33,940 nt of DNA, taken from assembly GCF_001194135.2 (NCBI RefSeq), contig NC_068998.1:54333927-54367866 (forward strand), written 5' to 3'. Shown here piece after piece: positions 11,960 through 22,729 of this stretch. This stretch comes from Octopus bimaculoides. Its lineage: Eukaryota. The first letter of the stretch is position 1; each line of letters begins with the position of its first letter. The notes under the pieces were generated by a model. That model was not told the DNA's origin and did not search any database. It saw only the letters and a program-made list of their open reading frames with translations. A program made the position numbers and the translations under genes.

Positions 11960-12381
11960 ATGTCTGCATATTTGTCTTTTATGTGTGTAAAGAAAGGCAA
12001 AGCGTTTCGGTTGACCCTGTTCAATTAATGAATTGTAACGTTTTTTTCTCTCTCTCTTCACTGTTTGTATGTGTATATTTCTGCATGTATGAGTACGTGC
12101 ATGTGTGTGCATGTGTGTGTGTGTGTGCATGTATTTGTCTCTGATGCCAAAGCATACTATTGCCAAAGAGGCTGAATGTCCAATCAGCCATGCCAAATAG
12201 CTAACGTCCAAACAGCTGCACCAAATTGTCTCCTTCTTGTAAGAAGGATGATGAGAGTCAAAGGCTTGGACCTCCTACGACATAAGCAAGCAAGCAACCA
12301 TTCAAAAACACTAAGTCTCACTAAAAATACAACAGTAAGACTGGTTGATGGTGAAGAGTGTGAAATCTGAATATGACCAAC

Positions 12382-12589
12382 CATTTGAACTGAGAGTCCC
12401 AGCCTCTTGCATAGCTGCACTGACTGTAAATGCTGCCATAGATTTGCTGTTCACATAAGAATTGCTGACGAGGAACTCCGATAGATCACGAAGACCAGTA
12501 AAACCACGTTCCAACAACTTCTCCGCCCACTCACAGACCAGTTGGCAGGAAGCATTGAACAGCTCATCTCGGCCATAGCTGTCATCGTC
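12382..12589 (-). CDS. RFX7: RFX5/7-like exon (208 nt, phase 0 to 1): conserved post-DBD helical region
   Basis: Acceptor tattctttcag| and donor G|gttggt (weaker, but its phase fits the next exon). Encodes DDDSYGRDELFNASCQLVCEWAEKLLERGFTGLRDLSEFLVSNSYVNSKSMAAFTVSAAMQEAGTLSSN, similar to RFX7 ACRLVCEWAQKVL...[21 protein letters not shown] (recalled). Confidence 0.9.
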
Positions 12590-12964
12590 CTGAAAGAATA
12601 AGAGATAAGAGAAACTGGAGGTTATTTAGGAAGCATGCTGTGTCATAGACAAACAGTAACCCTGGGTACTTGGCACAAAAGTTCTATATTTTAGGAGTAA
12701 AAGATTGGGGTGTCATCACATTCTACATATACATGCATGTGTGTGTGTATGTGTGTGTGTGTAAATATATATAGGTTTGGTGCATCAGAGGTTTCCAAAC
12801 TGTCTTCCAACACTTCGGTGGGTGAGTGATACTTTCTAGTTGTGTTAAGTCAAAACATAGATTTTTACAAAAAAGAATGAAATTGATAATGGTTTCAAAT
12901 TTTGCCACAAGGGCAGCAATTTGAGTGTGGGGGGTGCTAACGATTCTGCCAGCTTGCCACCTTA

Positions 12965-12994
12965 AATTATTATTATTATTATTATTATTATTAT

Positions 12995-13058
<64 letters not shown>

Positions 13059-13065
13059 GATAACA
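12965..13065. repeat. (ATT)n followed by (AAT)n, head-to-head inverted trinucleotide tracts
   Basis: attattatt...atcattaataataat... Confidence 0.92.
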
Positions 13066-13613
13066 AACTAGTTGTCGTCATCATTGTCATTATTATTATT
13101 ATTTAACATGTTTTCCATGCTGACATGAGTTGGCTGTGAAATATATTTGAGATCCAACAACTCAGTGTACAATTTGTGAGATGATGTGATGTTTAATTAC
13201 TAACAAAACTTAATCAATTTGTCACACAAAGTGTTTTGTTCTTAGAAAGTGTGTTGCCATTGTGAAAAGTTTGGAAAGCTCTGCCTTACAGGGTCACTCA
13301 ATCTACTAGAAATAACTGCCAAATCTCCCTCAAATCCCACCCTACAAACAGAGAACACATTGGATAATATAGTCCTGGACACGCTGTGCCTGAAAAAGAA
13401 AAAGACAGGATGGTCATGGCTGGAAAGTCTGCTTGATGACAGTAGCATGAGCAACAGTCACACATACATTTAATTTTAGTGTAACAGGTTTGAAATGTTA
13501 AGAGAAACCAACCAAGGAATGGTAAAATGAAATGCCATCTAACTGGAAACAGATTAACAGAAATTCTCAGACAGGTTTCAAGAAACAGAGAAGAAATTCT
13601 TTCATTTAATTAC

Positions 13614-13698
13614 CCTCAATTTTCTTGGAGAGATTTCCAACTCTGGTAAGACGGGTGGCTGTACCTCCAGCTTCTTGCGTATGCCACTGTACACATAT
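13614..13698 (-). CDS. RFX7: RFX5/7-like exon (85 nt, phase 2 to 0): end of RFX domain plus PxLPxL motif
   Basis: Acceptor aaaaccag| and donor AGG|gtaatt. Encodes (K)YVYSGIRKKLEVQPPVLPELEISPRKLR, which completes SKY.YSG.RKK across the intron. Confidence 0.93.
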
Positions 13699-14348
13699 CT
13701 GGTTTTAGAATTAAGGAATGGTCGATTAACCAAAGACAAGAAACAAGAAGAATTACAAGTTTTAACCTCAGGCCTATTGTNNNNNNNNNNNNNNNNNNNN
13801 NNNNNNNNNNNNNNNNNNNNNNNNNNNNNNNNNNNNNNNNNNNNNNNNNNNNNNNNNNNNNNNNNNNNNNNNNNNNNNNNNNNNNNNNNNNNNNNNNNNN
13901 NNNNNNNNGTTATATCCGCTGCAACCCCCATTCCCCCAAGCCTCTCCTATATTTCTCTCCATCATTATTTACTAGTCACCTCAGCCCAAACCCCTGTATC
14001 ACTTCACTTATTCTCACCCCCCCACCCCAACGTCCTTCGAGTACGTACCCCAACCCATCTTCACCACCACCATCTCTCTCTCACTAATGACCACTCTCTC
14101 TCCCTTACTCTCCGACCCATGTGTGCTTCCTTGATCCTACTCTCCAACTCACACAGCTTTCTCTTCCAACTTTCTACACCTCAGCAATTTGAGGCCATTG
14201 CTTCATGATGGCATCAGAAAATGAGAAGAAGAGATTCTTGAAGCAATGCTTAATGCCAACAACATCGACAACAACAACAACAACAAATGAAACAGCAGAA
14301 CAGTCGAAAGAAGGTAGAACTTTTGGTATTTGCAGCATGAAAGGATAC
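13699..14348 (-). other. U12-type (minor spliceosome) GT-AG intron
   Basis: 5' splice site GTATCCTTT (14348-14340). Branch-site TTCCTTAAT (13718-13710) lies about 11-13 nt before the 3' AG. There is no polypyrimidine tract between the branch site and the AG (ttctaaaaccag). Confidence 0.9.
13781..13908. other. Assembly gap (128 N) inside the U12 intron
   Basis: Run of N. Confidence 1.
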
Positions 14349-14465
14349 TTTGATTGACCTCTCTGGCCTAAACGTCTTGGCTTGATGTTTGGAAAGACAC
14401 ATTTCATAATCTTGCCGAAGTCAGCAGTGCTGAGTGGACGAAGGGAGAGGCTTTCGCAATAGTTT
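14349..14465 (-). CDS. RFX7: RFX5/7-like exon (117 nt, phase 2 to 2): core of winged-helix RFX domain
   Basis: Acceptor gttattttccag| and donor AA|gtatccttt. Encodes [38 protein letters not shown](K), the diagnostic RFX FGK.....FP....RRLG.RG.SKY motif. Confidence 0.96.
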
Positions 14466-14500
14466 CTGGAAAATAACAACAAGTTATCACAATCATTAAT

Positions 14501-14531
<31 letters not shown>

Positions 14532-14744
14532 ACATCATTTCTTGAAAAAATATATTACACACATACATTGGTGCCACCCAGATTTCTTGAAGAAAAAGAT
14601 TACAGCTAAGACTCCTGAAAGAATTTTCTTTGTGCTGCTGTTGCTTGTGCACAGCTGGATGTGTAGATATGGGATTCAGTTCATAAACATGAGGTTCAGG
14701 GTTCTATTCTGACTGAGTGACATATTTAATCTGTTGAGTGTATA

Positions 14745-14762
14745 TGAATAATAATAATAATG

Positions 14763-14808
<46 letters not shown>

Positions 14809-14815
14809 TAATCAT
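14745..14815. repeat. (AAT)n microsatellite abutting the donor of exon 14824-14952
   Basis: Directly visible. Confidence 0.95.
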
Positions 14816-14823
14816 GGTAATAC

Positions 14824-14952
14824 CTATATTCTTCATAAACTTCTTTTTTGGGTAGACAGATATCACAGTTCTCTTCCAAGTGGCTCTTAATCCATGTGAA
14901 TGCTTGAGTCTGTTCAACACGGCTTGTTGTATGCAGAGATGAGGTCGGACTG
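14824..14952 (-). CDS. RFX7: RFX5/7-like exon (129 nt, phase 2 to 2): start of RFX DNA-binding domain
   Basis: Acceptor tctttttttctag| and donor AG|gtatta. Encodes SPTSSLHTTSRVEQTQAFTWIKSHLEENCDICLPKKEVYEEY(R), matching the RFX AFxWI..LEE...LPK.EVY.EY pattern. A tandem TAGCAG acceptor makes the 5' edge ambiguous by 3 nt. Confidence 0.92.
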
Positions 14953-15629
14953 CTAGAAAAAAGAGAAACAATAAAATTAGATGTTGTCCTCGGGTGGTAG
15001 TGGACGGCTTATGATTTACGAAGGCAGAATGTAAATTAATACTGATGATATTTTGTCAACTTTAAGGTGTTACACAATGGCCCTGCGCTTGAGCTACAGA
15101 TCTCCACTTCTTGCTACAATCAAACCATACAATTTCAGCATTTGCATCCCTCACTCTCTATTTCTCTCCCCATGTGCCATCCTTGTAGGTGTCCATATAT
15201 CATGGACTTCCAGGCCAAATTCCAAAGATTTATGATTCTTCCTGCAAAAGATGCAATGGTGGTTTCTTAATGCTGTCTGCCAATTTGTTTACCGTTTCCT
15301 CTGTTAATTTCTTCACTCAGGGCCTAATTAATCCTTAGACATGGGGAGTGGGGAACTAGATCATACGGCATCAGTGCATGTCCTTCACACATTTGTGACC
15401 CCTTATGATCCATGTCTAGGGACCAACCCCCTTCTGAGTCCCGTGTGCCTTAACCACAGGACCATTTCTGCCATTTGACCTATAATAAGGATCCTGAACA
15501 AATACTACCATCCTGGGCCAGAGAAGACCTGGAAGTAGTTGGGACATCATGTTCTTCAAAACTCCTGAACTCTTGAGCTGGAGCCTCACCACTGGATAAA
15601 GTTGGTTGAATGACTTGCTCAAGGTATTG

Positions 15630-15720
15630 TGACCCAGTACTTGATTAGCATTTTATGTTACTGGCCTTGAAAGGAAGAAAGGGTAAGTTGACCTTGGCAT
15701 GATTTGAACTCAAAATGTAA
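15630..15720 (-). mobile_element. SINE family B fragment
   Basis: gacccagtacttgattagcattttatgttactggccttgaaaggaagaaagggtaagttgaccttggcatgatttgaactcaaaatgtaaag. Confidence 0.65.
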
Positions 15721-16339
15721 AGAACTGGCAAGGGGGGGGGACAAAAAAATTAACCAGAATAACCACAAGTAAAATATTCAGATAGAGTTTCAGTTTTGAA
15801 AATAAATTGATAAAATTACTTTATTTGATACTATTTCAGAGATACTAATGACCAAACTTAATTGATTTTTCAATGATCTAATCACCGACAAGTAATAAAA
15901 GACCAAACCAATAGAACTAAAATTAGACGTTAGAAAATAGTTTGCCAGACTATGATGCCATCGAGGTATTTCACTGTTTGGAGATAAGAACTGATTTGTC
16001 AGTAACGATCTACCACAAAGTGTCTCAGTCTCATATGATTTTCTCTACACACACAAATGGAGTTCGGGTATCTATTATTATTTTACACAAATGTCGTCAT
16101 CGCCATTGCCACTGCTGTCAGCACCACCACCACCACCACTGTGTGGAAACCCATTGTTTATATGTGTGTGTGTGTGTGTGTACACATTTATGGTCAGGGT
16201 CAAAAGAGAATATCTGTAGCAGTGGTATCAGAAACAAGGGCCTCAGGAATATGATGCCATTGAGGCCAATTTGGAGGTCAAATTAAAAGTTGTAAAATAA
16301 TTACCTTATCTGATGGCATAAAATGCACATGAATGGATA

Positions 16340-16740
16340 GGTGTGACTGTGGGGTAAGAAGCTTGCTTCTCAACCACAAAATTCCCAGTTCAATCCCACT
16401 GTTTGGCACCTTGGACATGTGTCATCTACTCTCGCCTCACAGCGACCAAAGTCTTGTGAAGGGATTTGGTAGACAGAAACTGAAAGAAGCCTATCGTATG
16501 TGTGTGTGTGTGTGTGTGAAGGTGTCTGTGTTTGTCCCCACCCACCACTTGACAACCAGTGTTGGTTTGTTTACATTCTCATAACTTGGCAGTTTGACAA
16601 AAAGAGATGATAAAATAAGTACCAGGCTTAACAGGAAAAAAAAACAGTCCTAGGGTTGATTTGTTCAACTAAAATTCTGCAAGGCAGTGCCTCAGCATGG
16701 CCACAGTGCAATGACTGAGACAAGTAAAAGATAAAAGATG
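16340..16740 (+). mobile_element. tRNA-derived SINE, family A, near full length
   Basis: gtaagaagcttgcttctcaaccac..cagttcaatcccac (A/B-box-like head), ggatttggtagacagaaactgaaagaagc, internal (TG)n, and the tail gcatggccacagtgcaatgactgagacaagtaaaaga. Shared with 9480-9650 and 25580-25925. Confidence 0.8.
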
Positions 16741-19239
16741 GGCTCATCAGATGCACCCCAATTTCAGAAGCTCATATTTAGGAAATGAAATTAAAGTCCT
16801 TCCCATATGGGAGCTGGGCTGAATGTTTTTGAAGCATTTTATAAAAAGGGGCCTCTTGTTTGCCTTCAAATATATTCTGTTTTATAACAGGAGAGATAAG
16901 AGAGGCAAACAAGGACAAAGTGGTATTAGAAGAAAATATATCATGACATTTGCGAGATTTATTGAAACTGTTAATGGTTTAAGTAATTTAATTAGAAATC
17001 AAACAGAAAAACTGAACAATGAAAAGAGAAACATTATTAATATGACAGGAAAAATATTTCTTATTACACTCCATTACCTTTGGTGGTGGTGGTGGTGGTG
17101 GTGGTGGTGGGGAAGCCTGTCATCTACACTGGAGACGACTTTTTAAACATTTATATAGCAAAGGCTATATAAATTAGAATATTGGCTTCTGGGAATCAAT
17201 TACTCTCACCAATACAAATTTATTGAACCAGGCCACTATTCAATTAAATTGGGAGTCTTTGTCAGCTTTAATCAATTGGAAAATTATAAACATTCCTAAA
17301 TCTGTCATCGATCACTCACCATCTCTCTCTTACCCGCTGTGTGATACGTCACCTGTTGAATGAGGAATGGCATCGGAACTGTCTGCATTCAACGCCCCAC
17401 CCCCCGCCCAATCACCCTTTTATCACTTTACCTCTCTTCAACCATCATCTGGCTTGCTGTCTCTCCAATCCTCTTCCATCACAACGCCTGCATAATGAAG
17501 GCACTGAATCAGCCCACATCCAGTACTCCCACCCTTCTTTTACTTGTAGCCATCACACACTTCTCATGACTCTCCACTGACATCTATCGCTCTGCCTTAT
17601 CATTGCAATGTCACTATTGCTATTCATCACAGTCCCTCCCCTTACCATCACACATTCACTGCTTATTCAATGTCATTACCAATAACAAACACCTACCAGC
17701 CTCCCTCTCCTATTACTTTTTACTCCACCCCCACTCATTCTATTTCACCCACAACACACATACTCTCTCTCTCTCTCCTTTTGACCTTTTGCTCACGTTT
17801 GCCTTGAAGGACTAACAACAATGTAGAGAGGAATTCCTAGCCTTGCAGGAGACATGGAAACTTTTCTAGTGCCAGTGCCATAATGAAATACACCCAGTTC
17901 ACTCTGTAGAGTGGCTGACAAAGGAACAGGGACAGCAGAGGGCAGAGCAGACGCTTTAGTTTTGTAAAGAACAGGACAATGTCCATGGTGCCAGTACCAC
18001 CCAATACACTGTGTGACCAACTCTAAAAACCATGCTAAAATATGAAATACACAAGTAAGATTTGGTCTTTTCTTCTGGGAACAATTCCATGACATACTAT
18101 TTAACTCAAAGCTGGGCCCTAAGTGGTGTAGAGTACACCTGGGAACAATAGTGGCTAAGATGTGGTTCCACACTTCTTCTCAGAACCCTAAAACTCCTGA
18201 ACCAGGGACCCACAACACTGGATGCAGATTAAAGTCATACTCGGCTAAATAGTGATACAAAATGATTGCCAAAGCAGAATAAGTGAGTTTGCCATTAAAA
18301 AGAGAGAAGATTTGACATTAACAACAGAACCTTTTATTGAAGAAGCAATTGGACACAATCCTCGGAATATGGGTTCTAGTCCCACCTGGGTTAAGCAGTT
18401 TTTTTGCTTTTTTTTTTTTTGCCTCTCCATCTATTTCTCATAATAATGGTGCAGTGATGCCTGCTTCTTCATGATTGGAAATCACAATGGTTTACACTGA
18501 TTCAAAGATCAAAAGAACCGGAGAATAAAGAGTGATTTATGTCGGAGGCAAACTGAATGCTCTACAACTTGCTTAATGCATTAGTTTTCACACAGCTAAG
18601 TGTTTTTAGAGTAAATAAGAATAAAAAAATCCTGTTGAATGGAATTTTAAGAGAAGAACAGAATTAAATTCCCTTCCTGAAACAGTTCTAGTAGTCTAAA
18701 GGATGATAAGATACAAAATAAATAAACACAGTAAAAAATGAATCACAAAACTTTTACAGAAGAACCGGCTGAAAGCAGTGACTCTATTTTCACAAGTGAT
18801 TTAGTTTAGTTGGTTAAAAGAAAAGAAGAAAAAAGTAACACATTCACAAAACAACCCTTAAAATTGCCCTTTAAACTGTGGAATGAAGTGAAATTGAGGT
18901 AAGGTGTGTGTGTGTGTGTGTGTGTGGAGGAAGGTGTTTCTAATAAAAATAGTAAAGTCTATCTCGGATCACAAATATGGCAACATATTGGCAACAAGTC
19001 AAAATAAATTTCCACAGCAACGATGTAATTTCTTGTCAGACTAACAAAACAATATGAGATTCTGATTCAAATTCACAGAAGAAGCAACAGAGAGGGGTAG
19101 CTGAGACAGGACTCACACACACACACATTGTTACATTATGTACTTTCAGAACAATAGGTCTTGGGTTCAAATCTTGCTTGGATTCACTGTCTTCCAACAG
19201 CCTTCATAACCTTAATAAAACAGGTACCAGTAATATATT

Positions 19240-19430
19240 GGCTTCAAATTTTGGCACAAGGCAGCAATTCTGGAGAAAGGTGGGGCAAGTCTATTACAAC
19301 AACCCCCAATGCTCAACTGGTATTTATTTAATTGACTTTGAAAGGATGAAAGGCAAAGTTGACCTCAGTGGAATTTGAACTCAGAACGTAAAGATGGATG
19401 AAATGTTGCTAAGCATTTTGCTTGGCATGA
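19240..19430 (-). mobile_element. SINE family B copy
   Basis: ggcacaaggcagcaattctggag...actggtatttatttaattgactttgaaaggatgaaaggcaaagttgacctcagtggaatttgaactcagaacgtaaagatggatgaaatgttgctaagcattttgc. Confidence 0.82.
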
Positions 19431-19454
19431 AGACACTCACACCAATGCACTTGT

Positions 19455-19471
19455 ATGCACACACACACGCG

Positions 19472-19515
<44 letters not shown>
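19455..19515. repeat. (CA)n(CG)n(CA)n alternating purine-pyrimidine tract
   Basis: acacacacacgcgcgcgcgcacacacac... Confidence 0.9.
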
Positions 19516-19519
<4 letters not shown>

Positions 19520-19976
19520 TCCTTGCTGGCCATATATCTCATGTCCCACAAGTCCCTTCAAAGATCAACCAGACAGCTAGGGGCCACCAGCTTCCTGTCC
19601 AGCCACGTGGTCCAAGAAATTCTCCTTTTTAATTAATTTGGTGTCGTTGGAATGTTGATCTTACTCCTAATGACACCATGTGACCCACCACAACCAATAG
19701 CAGCTCAGTTCCCAGCAGCCAGCTTGAACTTCCTGCATCTCTCCATTCATCCAATCGTGCCTGATGGGCCAGGTCTCTGTAAGAAGCCTACAAACCTTTA
19801 AGTCACACAGTAACGAAGCTGTTTCAAATAATACATACATATGTAAACACACATATACACACAGGTAAATGCAAAGTAGCAGAAAGATGGAATACGCTGT
19901 CTGTATTGACAGGTGGGGTGAAGTGAAATACAGCGACATATGAAATACTGAAACAACAGGTAAAACAGGTACATAC

Positions 19977-20065
19977 AGTGTGAGTTGGTCATCATTGGTG
20001 GCGCCAGTAGGAAGTTTGAGGTACAACAATAACTTTTCTACATCAGATAACTGGTTCACATCTTG
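19977..20065 (-). CDS. RFX7: RFX5/7-like transcription factor, first identifiable coding exon (89 nt, phase 0 to 2): N-terminal RFX5-type helical domain
   Basis: Acceptor ttttgttttacag| and donor CT|gtatgt. Encodes QDVNQLSDVEKLLLYLKLPTGATNDDQLT(L), resembling the RFX7/RFX5 segment [21 protein letters not shown] (recalled). Phase matches the next exon. Confidence 0.9.
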
Positions 20066-20141
20066 CTGTAAAACAAAACAAAAAAATTGATAGTGTCTTG
20101 TAAAGTAAATTGCAGACAGATATGTGGATCAATGGGAATGG

Positions 20142-20281
20142 TTTAGTAGAGGGGGAGGGGCAGATACAGTTTAACAGAGAGGGAGGAGCAGATATGATTT
20201 AGTATTGTGAGAGGGGCAGATACAATTTAGTAGAGTGGGAGGGGCAGATGCAATTTAATAGAGTGGGAGGCACAGATATAA
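20142..20281. repeat. Minisatellite, 5 x 28 bp
   Basis: Consensus tttagtagagtgggaggggcagatacaa; units start at 20142, 20170, 20198, 20226 and 20254. Confidence 0.9.
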
Positions 20282-20564
20282 TTATTTCCCTTCAATTTTA
20301 ATGCCATTTACATTTCTGATGCATCAGTGGAATATGAATCAACCTCAGTACCAGAGGTACCAGTGCTATACTGTCTTCTTATCAAATCCTGAATGATGAA
20401 AGCCAAAGTTGACATTAGTTGGATTTGAACTCACGAGGCAAAGAGTCCTGATTGAATAATACCAGAAGACAATTTGTCTGACACTCTTATAGTTGTGCCA
20501 ATCTAATCAATCAACTTAACCAACCCCAGTGCATGACTGGTACAAATCTTTTTCTTATAAAATT

Positions 20565-20720
20565 TGTGGTCTTCTTAGTTTCCGTCTACCAAATTCACTA
20601 AACAAGGCTTTGGTCGACCCGAGGCTATAATAGAAGACACTTGCCCAAAGTGGCATGTAGTGGGACTGAACCAAGAACCATGTGGTCGGAAGAGCAAGCT
20701 TCTTAACACAGAGCCAGGCC
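20565..20720 (-). mobile_element. SINE family A, 5' half, reverse orientation
   Basis: Reverse complement reads aagaagcttgctcttccgaccacatggttcttggttcagtcccac...ttgggcaagtgtcttctattatagcctcgggtcgaccaaagccttg...ggtagacggaaactaagaag. Confidence 0.8.
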
Positions 20721-21094
20721 TGCGACTATAATATAATGATATTTTTTTAAAAATATAATTGGAAAGAAGCTCAAATGATTTTTAAAAAAAGTTGTCTTTT
20801 TTATTGGAAAAATGGAAATAATGCATGTCATTATGGACTTTGTCAATTGTTGATGAAATAGAAGAAAGAGAGAAGAGACTCAATGCTTCAGAGAACAACC
20901 ATCACCACCACCACTGCCCCCCCCCCCCACTGAGGATAGGAGAAAAGAAATGTTGAAATTAGCTCAAGAGGAAGGATTTAATGCAAGAATCCATAAGATG
21001 ACAAAAGAGAAAATAAAAGTAGTAACAATTGGTAATTGATTATGATTGATAGAAAAATAATCAACTTGTAATGAAGAGGTTCTTAATACAGAAA

Positions 21095-21180
21095 ACATCT
21101 GCCCAAAGATGAACCTTGGGATCGAACCTAAAACTGTATGGTTGTGAAGTAAACGTCTGAACCAACACAACCATTCCTGA
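21095..21180 (-). mobile_element. SINE family A head fragment, reverse orientation
   Basis: catctgcccaaagatg...gggatcgaacctaaaactgtatggttgtgaagtaaacgtctgaacca. Confidence 0.5.
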
Positions 21181-21684
21181 ATCTGTTTCAAGCTGCTTCT
21201 TCTTACCATATTTCCATTGAAATGCTCTGCCTTTGTTTCAATTAATTTCAAAAACAATGAAGAATTTCGTAAAATAACTTTATCCTCGTTAAGCTAGATT
21301 AAATTAACCTGATTGGAGGGATTAGTCACTCAAAATCAACCCCAGTATTAATTTTTGAGGGAAAGCTTTCATTTTTGCATCACAGAGTTTGGGCTGGTCC
21401 CAGGTGAGTTGGGATCAAAAGAGGAAAAAAAATTTTTAATTTAACCAAAAAACAAAAACACAGCAAACAATGATTTGCCTTGTTTAATTAATCCTATTGG
21501 TATTTAACAAAATTCCAAATAAGGTTTTTTTTGTTGACACCTGAACATTATTATGGATTTTCTAAAGCCTTAATTCCTTTTGACACCAACCCACCTGAGA
21601 GTGACCCTGGTTCTACAAAACAAACACTTTGTTTTAAAATGACCTCAAAACCTGCCACCAACATTTCATGATTATGTTCTAAAC

Positions 21685-21960
21685 ATCATCATTTAACGTC
21701 CGTTGTCCATGCTGGCATGGGTTGGACAGTCTGACACAGGCCTGGCCAGCTAGGAGCTGTCCAGACCCCAGCTGTCTGTTGTGGCATGGTTTCTATGGCT
21801 GGATGCCCTAACCCTAATGCCAACCACTCAACAGAGTACTCCACTGGGTGCTTTTTACCTGGCATTGGCACCTGAAATGGACAAGCCTGTATGTGAGCAA
21901 GACAACGTTTTTTCTTAGCTTGACGCATCTTATCAAGTACAGCAAAGCACCACATTGCCC
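21685..21960 (-). mobile_element. Retroposon family C (SINE or LINE 3' end with (ATG)n tail)
   Basis: catcatcatttaacgtccgttgtccatgctggcatgggttggacag...ctatggctggatgccctaacctaatgccaaccactc; same block as 32030-32290 and 27140-27230. Confidence 0.75.
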
Positions 21961-22729
21961 AGTCCCTTGTCCTTTCCTTGGTGAGGCCCAGCGGTAATAA
22001 AGACACAATTATTTTACTAAATTTCTTTATTATCTTTAGAATTAACTGAAGCAAAAGAAGTGTTTTTTGAATAAAAATATGGTTGCAAAAGCCTGAAATG
22101 AAATTTTTAAAAATCTGCAGCACACTGTTTGAAAATCCCTGTCCAAGAGTGTAATTTGAAGGACATTTGATTACTATTTCTAGCAGGTCAATTGGTAACA
22201 GAGAGGTTTTTTTAACGGTTCATCATCAGGTTTTGTTAGTTCAGTTCAATAGATAACTGAGGGAGGAGGGGGTGTAAACACATTAAATGCCAAGAAAAAA
22301 CTTAATGGTTATTACAACAACAATGTTGGATTTCTGAATGATCAATGAAAGATTGTAGTTTGATAGACACCATGATTTATTGGGTTGAGTCACACAGCCT
22401 GAACAAAGAGCAGAAAACAGATTGACTATCATCATTGGTCGACTTACGGAATACTTTTTTAGTTGGTTGTTTTCATTTTCCTTCTCTATTTATACTTCTT
22501 CCTCCTCATCATCATTATTGGTGCAGCCACACCACCACCACCACCACCATTTCTCCCCACCCCACCTCATCTCATTCCTACAGGTCCACCTGTTCCTCTT
22601 ACAGGAGGACCAAAATCTTCCTCCTGTCACCTTCAGTCTCTCATTCAATACACCTGCCCTCTGTCTGTGTGTCCCTGTATGCAGGGAGAAAATGGGTTTT
22701 TGAATAGCTACAGTGAGGGCTTGTTTATG

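Noticed and set aside
12184-12320. Possible extra exon just downstream of 12382 (acceptor gtcgtag|)
   Set aside because: The phase-1 frame hits a stop after four codons, and the 12382 to 8509 join is already in frame.
18335-18400. tRNA-like T-arm (atgggttctagtcccacc)
   Set aside because: No complete cloverleaf or acceptor stem; most likely a decayed SINE head.
22447-22680. Strong minus-strand donor TCC|GTAAGT at ~22447 with a purine-rich upstream region and a Pro/Gly-rich plus-strand ORF
   Set aside because: All three minus-strand frames contain stops shortly upstream of the donor, and there is no RFX similarity. A non-coding exon cannot be excluded but is unsupported.
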